Source: Octopus sinensis (Eukaryota). Taken from it: a stretch of 64,000 bases of DNA. This document shows, piece after piece, positions 23,557-36,545 of this stretch. The DNA lies in the NCBI RefSeq assembly GCF_006345805.1, contig NC_043019.1, positions 29,263,360 to 29,327,359 of the forward strand, in the 5' to 3' direction. Below the pieces are notes generated by a model that was not told where the DNA came from, ran no database searches, and was given only the letters and a program-made list of their open reading frames with translations. Every line of letters begins with the position of its first letter. Position 1 is the first letter of the stretch. The translations under genes were made by a program, and so were the position numbers.

Positions 23557-25454
23557 ATGTTTTGTTTCCAGTTTTCTGTGAAAAGCATGTTGAGCTATGG
23601 GAAAATTTTACCTCTTTTGGAAATAGGTGAGGGTTGGGATCAGAAAGGGCATCTGGCTGCAGAAAATCTGCTTCAACAAATTTTTTCTGACCCATGTAAG
23701 CATGGAAAAGTAGACATTCGATGATGATGGTGATGATGATGATGATGATATAAACCCAAACACACAAGGAACTCCCACAGCTTCTGCTTACTAAGTAATT
23801 CCACTCACAAAGTTTTGGTTAGCTAAAGTTATGAGAGAAGACAAAAGTTCCAGTGTCCAGATGGGGAGAATGAACCTAGAAACAGGTGACTATGAAGCAA
23901 ACTTCTAAATCACACAGTCATGTTTGTGAAGATGAAAAATAGCAGAAAAAAACTACTGTAAAGTCCATAATTTGAGAGAAGAATAGAGGGTGAGAGAGAG
24001 AGAGTTCTAGATAAAGAAAGAGTAATCTAGGGTCATCCAGGGAGCAATAGATACACAACAGTATGAGCACACCTGTTTCTGTTTAATATCTGACATTGGT
24101 GCTTCGTAATGTTTACAAACCTTATCTTACTGAATCTTCATCAAAATCATCATTTAACAGTCATTTTTTACGCTTGCATAGGTTAGATGGTTTGATAGGG
24201 TTCTTTGAGCTGCAAAGCTATGTCAGACCAGTGTCAGCTTTGACAGAGCTTCAGCAGCTGGGTGCCCTTATTAATGCCAAAATCCTTTCAAATTCCTATT
24301 TTCTGAATTAATTGTAACACAAACACACAAACATTATTTGTCATTAGAAACGAAAGTAATTACAGTGATGCAAGAGGGAATATAATAAACATTTCTCGGC
24401 TTAATGCATCAAATTTGCTAACAACCACTTTACTATTAAGCTGTTATGCTGCAGGCATCCCTGAGTTTGTGTTTTTTTTGTTCTCTAGTCATTTTTATCA
24501 TAATTTTAACTTGGTTCCAAGAGCTGCCAAAATGAAGTGGAAAGCAGCAGGCTAGTGGTTGGTAGTGGCAGGGGAAGACACTGGACACCTTTCACTTGGA
24601 ATAATACTATATGTTTTGAACAGATAAAGTTATAGCCGTTATTTATTGACAAGTCACTACTAAATATGACAACAATAACAATGATGACAACAACATTATT
24701 CAAATTAGACTAGACTATGAAACTTTGGAAGATTCTTGTGTATTTCAACAGAATTTTTAAGATCTACTGCCAACCCTTACCATGTTCTTTCAGATGTCCA
24801 GACTCAATACTAACTGACCAATTCAATCTCACCAGACACAGAGGTTTTGTGAAGGTCATGAACACTGAAGCCAACTTGTCACTAAAAACCTTTACACACC
24901 AGTGGTTCTCAAACAGGGTTCACATGGCCCTTGGTGGGTCCATATAAGATTTTGTTACTAAAAATTAAGTGCAATAAATCAGTTATACTTTTACAATAGA
25001 CAATATTCAAGATATTAAAGGGGTCGGGTAAAATTTACCTTTTATTAGTAGTATTCTTAATATTTCAAACATTGTATTCTGTGGATTTCCTTTTTTTTTA
25101 GCTGAGTTTTATTCTAAGGATTTAACATCCTCTTTTCCTGTCACCAACCACCACCTGTTTCCAACTGAGGTAATATTCTCCAGGACCAGATAGGTTTTCA
25201 CAGAAGATTCAAAATGAAGGAAATCTCTTGTATGATGGTGACATTCATCTGCATCTTTCATGAGATGTCAAGGCAAGGAGACAGTAACACTCACACTGGG
25301 CTTCTTTCAGTTTCTATCAACCAAATCCACTTGCAAGCCTTTGGTCAGTCTGAAGGCTATAGTAGAAGACACTTGCCCAAGGTGTCATGCAAAGAGACTG
25401 AACCTGAGACCATGTGGTTTGGAAGCAAACTTCTTACCACTCAACCACACCTGC

Positions 25455-25522
<68 letters not shown>

Positions 25523-25826
25523 TGCACCCTTTTCAAGCCTAGCCAGGCTCATGGGCCGAGTTTCCCGGTTTCTATGGCATATGTGTTCCCTCCCAGCTGG
25601 ACAGGACACCAGTCCATCGCAGCGTTACTCAAGAAACAGGAAGAAAGAGTGAGAGAAAGTTGGGGTGAAAGAGTACAACAGGGGTCACCACCACCCCCTG
25701 CCAGAGCCATGTGGAGCTTTAGATGGTTTTGCTCAATTAACACACACAACGCCTAGTCTGGGAATTGAAACCACAATCCTCTGACCGCGAGTCCGCTGCC
25801 CTAACCACTGGGCCATTGCGCCTCCC
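25523..25826 (-). mobile_element. tRNA-derived SINE, family C (V-domain-like)
   Basis: Minus strand gggaggcgcaatggcccagtggttagg (A box) and ggtttcaattcc (B box), then gctgcgatggactggtgtcctgtccag, similar to the V-SINE core. Confidence 0.75.
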
Positions 25827-27078
25827 TATATAGATATACATTACAAATATATATCCATATATACAATACAAATCAATGGCAGGTGGGATCACTATGCAAT
25901 TACTCAATTAACAAGAAATAGTATCAGTACCTCCTTGAAATCACTCCCTTTGAAACGAAAAGATACTTTGGAAAATGTAGTCCTCACTACACTGAGTGAA
26001 AGATAAATTGTAGCTGGAATGCCTAGCACAGTCTTAGTCATCATATAATTTCCATAGAGTCAACCACATGTTTTTATGGCTTAGACAGAGGGAGGGGCTA
26101 GCAGCTGTGACCAATGTTTGGGCCTCGAAGACTGGCAGCAGGGATTTACTTTATACTAGAGGCATTGCATGAATGTTTGCAGCAGAGTGAATCCTGCTAA
26201 AAGCAACCAAAGGTCAAGTAAATAAGGTTAAGCCATAAGACAAATTTAGTTCACTATTACCCAAGAACTACCTGATTTCAATTATAAGACTTGCACTGAT
26301 CCGAGACTATGGTAGCATGCAATGAGATTGAATCCCAAAGTGAAATTCTTCATTGCTTTGCTACACTTGTGGTCTTTTTGTAACACACACACACATGATG
26401 TGTTTCATTCAGTTTCTGTGCATCATATCCTCTCGAAAGGCTTTTCTGACTCGAGGTTATTGTAGAAGATGATCACCCAAGGAGTCACAGAGTAGGACTG
26501 AACCTTGGAAGCAAGCTTCTTAATCACTCAACCACCATCTTCATCATCATTTAACATCCACTTTCCATGCTGGCATGGATTGGAGGATTTGACAGGGGCT
26601 GGCTAGGCAGAACACAGCACAAGGCTTCAGTGTCTGTTTTGATATGTATACATACATCATATATATGACATGAAGAAGGGCCCAAACTTAACATTATACA
26701 AACTCTTTCACTGTATTAATTCCAGCTGTTACAGATATTCAACGGTTTCTTTGAATCCCAGACTTAACCCTAAATATAAATCAGGCTGTAGTTTCGGTTT
26801 AACTGATAATTATTTTTATTATTAATTTATCTAGTTTACAAAACATGTAAGAGGTTGTAAATTACCCCCTCAAGAAAGTTTTCAAATAAACTCAGAGAGT
26901 GTTTAGAAGTTCTAGAAATTAAATAAATGTCTGAGGGCACAAAAAAATATTGGTTTGCTGTGAATGTTAATTGAATAAATAACAGAAGACTTATAACTTT
27001 ATTGATTTCTGGTATTTCCAATGAAGAAACATTTCTCGAAATTATATATTTTTAAGAACTGCAACTGTCCTCTATATC

Positions 27079-28351
27079 TTAGGTTGTCAAGAAAGTTCTT
27101 GCGGAATTTTAAATTTTGGTTTTAAATGATGTATTTACAAATTCATTTTTGTTAAATTACTTTGACTTAATATATCATTTTAAAGCCCATTTTACACTCT
27201 ATCTAATTGTGTTACTCTTTTTCTTTTTGAATAATTAGGCCATTTTTTCTGGAACGTTGAGTATAACATGGACAAAAAGCAAATTCGCACAATTTTCTTA
27301 TTCCAGTCCAAGCTAGGCCAAAAAGTTGCTGAAACAGCTCACAATATCAACGATGTGTTTGACCCAGGAATGACTAATGAACATGCAGCACAATGGTGGT
27401 TCAAGAAATTTCATAGCGGTGACAAGAGTCTTGAAGATGTTAAGCATAATGGTCAGCTATCGGATGTTGATACCGATCAACTAAGAGACTTAGTGGAAGC
27501 CAATCACGCACAACTGTTTGAGAGCTTGCTTCTGAATTAGACATAACGTATATGACAGTTTCCAACCACTTGAAAGAGATTGAAAAAACAAAAATACTTG
27601 AGAAATGGGTGCCACACAAATTGAACGACAACCAAAAACAATGCCGTGTTGAAGTGTTGTCTTCCCTTCTTTTACGCAACAAGAACAATCCATTTCTCAA
27701 CCAGATTGCGACTTGCAATGAAAAGTGGATTCTTTACGACAACCAGCGACACTCAGCTCAGTGGTTGGATGCTGATGAAGCTCCACAGCATTTCCTAAAA
27801 CCAAAGTTGCACCAAAAGAAAGTTTGGTGGTCTGCGGCCGGTCTCATCCATCACAGCTTTTTGGATCCAGGCAAAACCATTACGATGGAGATGTACTGTC
27901 AACAAATGGATGAAATGCATAAGAAACTCCGACAACAACAGCCAGCATTGGTCAATAGAAAAGGACCAATTCTTCTCCACGACAATGCTTGGCCACACGT
28001 CACATAACTGACCCTGCAGAAGTTGAACAAATTGGGCAACGAAACTCTACTTCATCCATCATACTCACCAGACCTCTCGCCTACTGACTACCACTTTTTC
28101 AAGCATCTCAACAACTCCCAGCATTTGAAATACTTCAAAAACCAAGATGATGCCAAACACGCCTTCAACAACTTCATTGCCACCAGAACACAAGATTTTT
28201 ATACTATTGGTATAAATAAACTTGTTTCACATTGGCAAAAGTGTGTTGATTCTGATGGTGTTTATTTTGCTGAATAAAGTTTTGTTTGAGCTGAGATATG
28301 CGCATCTGAATTTAAAGGTTAAAAACTGCAAGAACTTTCTTGACAACTTAA
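27079..28351 (+). mobile_element. Full-length decayed mariner, cecropia subfamily / Hsmar1-like
   Basis: TIRs ttaggttgtcaagaaagttcttgc and gcaagaactttcttgacaacttaa|TA. Transposase motifs WVPHKL, HDNA and YSPDLSPTDY. Confidence 0.95.
27268..28277 (+). pseudogene. Mariner transposase pseudogene
   Basis: Starts MDKKQIRTIFLFQ. 1-nt deletion near 27505 and a TGA just after it; first catalytic Asp to Asn (TCNEKW); loss of about 4 codons before WWSAAG; in-frame stop at 28005-28007. Confidence 0.92.
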
Positions 28352-29083
28352 TACTAAAATAGAACCTTAACCTCTTTATTTTGTTACAGTACACTCACAT
28401 TTTGACATCAACTTTCCACTTAACTCTCAAAACTAAACCACAGATATCAATGTAGCTAAGATCTTTAGAAACCTTGAAAAATGTAACCTCTGCATGTCAG
28501 TAAAACAGTTACCACTTTACATTTTACTGTATATACTCTGGTGGGTAGTATATAGAATCCTGGACAAAAATTCAGTGTAATCATATAATTACAATTATTT
28601 ACATTCTGAGTTCAAATACTGTCAGAATCAATGTTGGTCATTCATTGTTCTTACATTAATATAATAAACAGTCAGCCAATTACTAGGGTTGAATTTAATA
28701 TTCCAATAAATCATTCTGTTATCTATTATTATGTGTTCTCTTTGAATATTTGTACTTGGAAACTTCCTCTTTGAGACCGAGGCAAGCAGGGCAAGTGGTA
28801 AATATTTTTATTATTATATTCCTGGGTTGCACTTGATAACGTATACAAGTTTGATAGTAACCACACAACAGATGAATGTGACTGTATAACATTAAGAGTG
28901 AAGTGCAGGGTTTGTGTCTAAGATGAAATATAATAAAATGCGGTAAATGTAATTTAGCTCTGATTGAGCAGACATCTGCTTGAAAACTTTCTGAGTGTGG
29001 CAATTGATTTATAACTACAAAGCTATGTCAAGACAAGGAGATACAGACACACATACGTATATGTGTGTGTCTATATATATATA

Positions 29084-29114
<31 letters not shown>

Positions 29115-29120
29115 TAAATA

Positions 29121-29984
29121 CAGGGTGTGGTGGGTAAATTGTTGCCATTTTATAATTTTAATTTCATGCATGCACATTGTTTGTTTTGGATTTTGTCGAC
29201 TACACAGTATAGTAAGCTCAGCTGGGCACTGTCTCTGAGAAAAACAGCACCATGACACAATTTACTCTACCAAAAATTTGGAAATGATAAGCTGTACTGC
29301 TTGGCGTTCATGCTGGAAGCTTCAATACAAACATTTTAGATTGTTTCTGAGGACATGTACCAAGAGTGATAAAAGTCAAACAACCAGTCAACATCATGGT
29401 GTTTGGAGTGATTACTAGTGATGGTGATGTTATGCCTCCATTCATCTTCCCACAAGGCCTCGGATTCAACACACAGACCTACATGAAGCACCTGGCGAAG
29501 GTAGTGCTGCCCTGGGTCAAGAGGGTGGCTGCTGGGAACGCTCTATGTCTAGCAACAGGACTCTGCACCATACCACACAAATTGGAGAACCCAGTCATGG
29601 CTGCCAGACAATTTCTGCAACCACATCATCCCTAACATCTGGCCACCTAATTCTCCAGACTGCATCCCTCTTGATTATTATGTGTGGGGTGCAGTTGAAT
29701 GAAAGACCAACAAAACTCTTTGTCATACCAAAGATGAATTGAAGGCAAGTATTATGGCAGCATTCACCAACTTAAACATGTAGACCGTCCACAAGAGTTA
29801 CCGGAGATTTCGAAGTTGTTTGGAGGCTGTGGTTGAAGCCAATGGCAATTTTATTGAATAAATTTACTCATTAGTATTTCAAGGAATTTTAATGTAATTT
29901 TGGTAAATATATCAGTTAAAATGAGATGTCAGTGTTATTTTCATTTTTGCATAATTTAGACGACAATTTATTCACCACACCCTA
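29121..29984 (+). mobile_element. Internally deleted maT (DD37D) Tc1/mariner element
   Basis: TA|cagggtgtggtgggtaaattg versus caatttattcaccacacccta. QQDSAPYHT...WPPNSPDCIPLDYY has 37 residues between the Asp residues. Confidence 0.88.
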
Positions 29985-30022
29985 TGTATGTATGTATGTA
30001 TGTATGTATATATGTATGTATT

Positions 30023-30064
<42 letters not shown>

Positions 30065-32409
30065 CCATGCCCACATAGAAGACAGATGTTTAATGATGAT
30101 GATGATGATGATATATAATGGGCTTCTTTCAGTTTCCATCAACCAAATCCACTAACAAGGTGGTAGTAGAAGACATTTGAGCAAGGTGCATGCAGTGATA
30201 GACATCAATTGATGATTGTAATGTATCATCATCATAAAAACAAGGTTGTTTATTCTCAGTGTTTCATGAAAAACCTGTCTAGCTTATGGAAAAATTACAC
30301 CTCACTTGAAAACAGGTGAGGGTTGGTGAGAGGAAAAGCATCCGACTTTAGAAAATCTGTCACAACAAATTTTGTCTGACCCATGCAAACATGGAAAAGT
30401 GGACATCAAATAATGATGATAATATATCATGCAATACAGAAGATACTTTCAAAAATCAGAAACAAATTTAATATTTAATTTGAAAGGATGTTCTATACTC
30501 AGTAATGAATAAAACTGTCATAGTTTTTGAGAACTGGGGTACTCGCATATTCATTATACAAAACCATAACTTTAAAATGATTTATTATATTCTGACTTAA
30601 AGACGAACCTTCCGCTTTCTTCTAAACATTATAATACAACCACAGATATTTGCTGTGTGGTTAATATCAAATTCATATACTTTAACGATTTGTAGCCTTT
30701 ACATGTAATAAATAAAATGTTACTAAACAATTTATATTATATTCTGACTTGAACACAAGCCCTCCGCTTCTCTCCTCGCAACATAATACAACCGGAGATA
30801 TTCTACTGTGTGATTCAATATCTTCAGCAGAATAATGACAAACATTGATACAAACACCAGACTAACCAACTACATAAAAAATTATAATAGCAATAAATTT
30901 ACTTTTGACATACTGTGGAGTAGACAGTATTATTACATGAGAATTTCTTTGCGTTGCTACTAATAACATTGCCAACACAACTTTCATTTGCTAAATAGAC
31001 TTTTGACAGACTGATTCCTAAATGTATTGTAATGTCAGAATGAAAACACAGTCAAGAAATCAAATGTGTTTTTCCTCCTATACAATTTGGATTCCTCCGA
31101 TCAAGCCTCAGGACAAGATTCTCAGCAGAAATTCTAATAGAGATAATGGCCACAAGGAAAAGAAGGAGGTTTTATTTTTGGTAGGTGGTGCATAATATAC
31201 ATAATATATAATAGGAATCCACAATTCAGTTTTAAGGATTCATTTCCTGCAGGCATGTTGCAAACATATCTACTTACATCACGAGTAACACCTTATCTGT
31301 AGTTTAAAAATAAAGTTTAACAGACATCATTATATCATTCTTGGAAACCAATCGTTTCAATATTCTTTTCCTTTTTTCCTATTTAAATGCTTCTCGGAAG
31401 CTGAATCGCTGTGATTTGTTACCCAGTCTTACACACACACACTTTCTCCTTCTCTTACCCTCTCTCTCGATTTTATATTATTTCCTTTCGGTTAGACATT
31501 GTTTCAGTATATATTACATACAATATGAAGCTCCATATCAGACTGGAATTTCTATCTCTTATCTCAAATCATTTTCACACACACACCTTACCACTGACCT
31601 CACTTCTAATTGTTGTTGCCACTGTTTGTTGTTTAACCTCAAGTTCATTCCAGTTAAATAGAGCCATGATTATAGAGGATGTTCATAAGTTATCTATACA
31701 ACTTCCATAATTTATTGTATCAAAGTTGAGATCTATCAATCAACTTCTTTGCAACCAATGGAGCCCAAATGGAAGTGTTTTGATGTTTCATATAAAACTT
31801 TATTTGTTTGCCAATAAACTCTACTGAGTTATCCTCACTTGCCATATTTTTCCTGAATTTTTCAAATTGTGATGGTAATTTGTGGACACCCAGTATTATT
31901 AAATGTGTCCTTTTCCTCTCCGCTCCATATTTTAAGGTGGCAGGGTGTGACTTGAGGGAAATTTTGGCTGCAATTTTTATCAGTTTGATTTGACTACATA
32001 GAAACTTGAAACTGTACAGTTAGGTTAGTGATGGTAAACATTTTTATCCCAGTGTGTAAAATTTTTAATTTTTTTGTTTTTATAATAATCCTGATTTTGG
32101 AGTGGAATATGTATCTATATTTTAAATAAACATTTATATAGGTAATCAGGCTAATGATGTGTTTCTAATTTGCTAATCATTAATTTAATTTGAGTTGTAA
32201 TATGAAGTACTATGTCATTAGATACTATTGAAAACTACAATATTTTAAGACTAATATGTAAAACTTTCAAAATTAATTTTTTTTTTGGCAATTTTTAATG
32301 AGCTTTTTCTTTTTTCCTCATTTCTTTCTTTTTTTTTGGTTTGCAAGATTGTGAACTTGTGTGTTGAAACATTTTCTTGTATGTTAGGAGGGTCGTTATG
32401 CCAAAGATA

Positions 32410-32715
32410 AACACACATGCGGGTTCTATTTCACTGCTCTATTATTTATTCGTTAATTGGTTAACTACTTAACAGGTTAACTCATTGATTGTTTCATTAA
32501 TCATTTAGTTAATTAATGAATCAGAGACCTGAATCAGATCTGAGATAGAGAAGTCATGTCATTCAAGAGGTTGTGAATGTCAATGAAAGAACTTTGACAA
32601 ACTTGATTGCTTGATTAACCAAACAATTAATCAACAAATGATTAGTTCACTGGTTAACCAACTGACAAATAAATAATAAAAAAGTGAATGAAATAGGATC
32701 AGAGCATGTGTTAAT
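32410..32715. mobile_element. Old degenerate MITE with diverged long TIRs
   Basis: acacatgc...ctatttca...tattatttatt...ttggttaac occurs in inverted form at the two ends. Confidence 0.5.
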
Positions 32716-33831
32716 TATTAGCTTAACAAGCTCTATATAACATGACATTGTAGGGAGATTTTCTTTGAAGTTCATTGCATGTCACATGAAAACTTGGGTG
32801 GCATATTATAGATTCAATGCTAATGGACCAGAAAATATAATCAGGAATGTATGCTGATAAATAAATGTTATAAAGTCAGAATGGTTTTGCTTGTTCATTT
32901 TTCCACGCAAGCAGCTTACCACATATTGCGGCATACAAATCCACTTAGTGTATACTGTTAATATGTAATGGTAACATTAAAAAAAAAAAAACTTTCTAAA
33001 TCATGTTGCATTCTACATAGAATTTTTGGTCCTCCAAAATAGTCTTGGTGGAAAAGTCGAAAATGACGGGATGGGCATAACTGGAGCCTTTGATCACATG
33101 CCTGCCTGATCAGTACTGATACAAGACAAAATACTAAGATGTCTTTACATGGCCACTCAAGCAACTAGAAACAACAGCCCAATCTACTTCAAACTGCACT
33201 CTCAATTGTCTTAAAAAAAGAAAAGACATTAGATAATGTAGTCTTAAACATAAACCTTCAAAGACATGATAGTCATATTAGGAGAGGCTTTCTTTGTTAA
33301 GTTTGTTTGACCAATGATGACCTGAAGTGAAAACAGTAAGAGAGAATGAGAAGCCAAGTCAAGGAAGAAGCTTTTACATAGTTGCTTGGCCTGCTAGAAA
33401 TAGCAGCTAACTATCTTCAAAGGAAAATGATACATTGGTTAATGCAGTATAATACATACTCATTAACAACAACAAAGAAAAACAAAGAAAAAAAATAAAA
33501 AGAAACAGGAGATCAATCAAGTCTAGAATGTCTTCTGATCATAGGTTCGTTGAAACTGAATCGACCTGGGGCTAAAACAACAACAACAACAAACAAAATG
33601 AATGATTAGAATTGGAATAAGGTTTCGCATCAAAGAACAACAATGAGCTTCAAGAACTGGCAATATTTTTTCCATTTTAGGGTTGTACCGAATTACACAG
33701 TTTCTGAAGATACGTTTCACTACAAAACTGCAGAAGTAAATTACGTGGAGGCTTAAGAAATAATAGAGAAAGGCATTTTTTGAATGATAAAAAGAGAATG
33801 GATAGGGGTGGTTATTTTTCACATGACTCAC

Positions 33832-33865
<34 letters not shown>

Positions 33866-33944
33866 GGGAGAATGTGGGTATCTGGGGAGAGAGAAGGCTA
33901 AAACAGACTTTCTCCTCAGACATTCAATCATTTGATACTTCAGT

Positions 33945-33960
33945 AGTGTGTGTGTATATA

Positions 33961-34027
<67 letters not shown>

Positions 34028-34104
34028 GTATGATACTGCAGTAGTGTGTGTATATATATTTGTGTGTGTGTGTGTATATATATATATGTATATATATATA
34101 TGTG

Positions 34105-34138
<34 letters not shown>

Positions 34139-34263
34139 ATGTGTGTGTGTGCAAATATATATATATACATGTGCTATGCAAATAAATATACATACATGTA
34201 TGCACACATGTACATAAATAAAAAAGAAAAATATATATATGAAATGGAAATATTGATACACAT

Positions 34264-34300
<37 letters not shown>

Positions 34301-34565
34301 CACATATATGTATACACACACATACATATATACATACACATACATATATACATACACATACATAGATACATATATACAAATACATACACATGTATATATA
34401 TATATATATTTCAAAGAAGGATGGAAATATTTCAACACATATACACCGCACATATAAATATATATCCATATATACATATAATATACATGAGTGTGGCGTG
34501 CATACACACACCACTGCCATATATAAATACACCAGTCATATACATATATATATATATATATATAA
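33945..34565. repeat. Compound (TA)n/(TG)n/(CA)n microsatellite field
   Basis: Direct inspection; source of many spurious ORFs. Confidence 0.95.
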
Positions 34566-35027
34566 TTTTCTGTACGTATACACAAAATCATGATGGACCT
34601 GATAGATCTAGCCATGTTTTTCCACAACACATCAGCAACAGCTCCCCTTATTAGTATGCTTTTGGTAGGTTATAAGTTCAGTTATTGACAGTTATAGAAT
34701 GTGCAGCTGTTCTTACAGTGAAATCACTCGGCAATCATTCGCTATATTATAAGAGATAATGGATTGTAGAGTGAGAGGTTACCGCGACAAAGAGATTATA
34801 TCAACATCATATAGTAATACATTAAACGATATTTAAATAAATAAAAAGGACAAAAAAAAAAAACGTAACATAAAAAAAATTATTACTTTAGTTTTTTGTT
34901 TTGTTTTCTTAAATAAGGAATATTTATACAAAGATTGAAATATCAAATGATAATGGACTGTCCGCTTATAAATTCCTAAAAATAAATTATCATCATCATT
35001 ATTACTATTATTATCATCATTATCTTC

Positions 35028-35029
<2 letters not shown>

Positions 35030-35063
<34 letters not shown>

Positions 35064-35136
35064 CATATACATAAATATATATACTTATGTATGCATACAT
35101 ATACATAGTCATATATACATATATACACACATATGC

Positions 35137-35167
<31 letters not shown>

Positions 35168-35248
35168 AACAGACATGAATATATGTATTATAATATATAT
35201 ATATACACACACATACACACACACATTACACACACGTGTGTGTGTGTA

Positions 35249-35286
<38 letters not shown>

Positions 35287-35294
35287 CACACACA

Positions 35295-35332
<38 letters not shown>

Positions 35333-35517
35333 CATATACATAATATATATACTTATGTATGCATACATATACATAGTCATATATACATATATACACACAT
35401 ATGCATATATATATATATATATACACACACACAAACAGACATGAATATATGTATTATATATATATATATATATACACACACATACACACACACATTACAC
35501 ACACGTGTGTGTGTGTA

Positions 35518-35556
<39 letters not shown>

Positions 35557-35630
35557 ACACACACACACACAGACACACACACACACACTCACATATATGC
35601 ATACACACATACATACATATGTACATACAT
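35030..35630. repeat. Compound microsatellite duplicated as a ~270-bp unit
   Basis: cttcatatacata...acaaacagacatgaatatatgtatta...cacattacacacacgtg occurs from ~35061 and again from ~35330. Confidence 0.9.
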
Positions 35631-36114
35631 GAAAGAAAGCTAAAATAATTTTTTCAACATTTCATTATATCTTCTTGTTTGTAAATTGCTTTTATTATTA
35701 TTATTATTTTTTTTTACCTTGTCTTATTCCATCTTTATTTTATTTTTAAAATTATCATTTACCGAGATAAATGAGAAGAAGATAAGAGATTTTTAACAGA
35801 AAGAATCTGTTTTTATTTGTGAATGAATTTTTCAAAAGAGATAATAATAAAAAAAAAATACAACCATAACTAGGATAATGGAATAGAATAGAAGGCTCAA
35901 TCTGAGTCACTATCTATCTGCCTTTTATCAATTTTCTAAAGACCTTTGAAAACCTGTACCAAAAAAATTAAAAACAGAACAAGAAAAAATACAAAGACAA
36001 TGACAACAACAATAACGACCACCACCACTACAATATAAAAAAAAAGAACAAGGGCAGTACAAGAAGCCAATATGCATGCAATGTTTCTTCTGCTGTAAGA
36101 AGAATTGAAGCAAC

Positions 36115-36545
36115 AGTAGTAGTAGTAGTAGTGGTGGTGGTGGTGGTAGTAAAGGTGAAGGTTGTGTGGCAGTGGTGGTAGAGGTGGAAGTTGTAGAAGT
36201 GGTGGAAGTGGAAGTAGTAGTAGTAGTAGTGGTGGTGGTGGTGGTGGTGGTAATAAAGGTGAAGGTTGTGTGGCAGTGGTGGTAGTAATAGTAGTAGTAG
36301 TAGTACAGGTGGTGGTAGAGGTGGAAGTTGTAGTAGTAGTGGTGGTGGTGGTGGTAATAAAGGTAAAGGTTGTGTGGCAGTGGTGGTAGTAATAGCAATA
36401 GTAATACAGGTGGTGGTAGAGGTGGAAGTTGTAGAAGTGGTGGTGGTGGTGGTAGTAGTAGAGATGGTGGTGATAGAGGTTGTAGTGGTGTTGGTGGTAG
36501 TAGTAGCGGTGGTGGTGGTCATAGTGGTGGTGGTAGTGGTGTCTG
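36115..36545. repeat. (GGT/AGT)n triplet array with a higher-order unit
   Basis: Motif aaaggt(g/a)aaggttgtgtggcagtggtggtag occurs three times, about 100 bp apart. Confidence 0.9.

Noticed and set aside
28399-28472. 74-nt open candidate exon with GTGAGT donor
   Set aside because: Its phase is incompatible with the 16083 exon and there is no homology support.
33812-35643. Long ORFs of 100-272 aa (YIYI/VCVC/HTHT-rich)
   Set aside because: They are translations of dinucleotide microsatellites, which lack stops in some frames.
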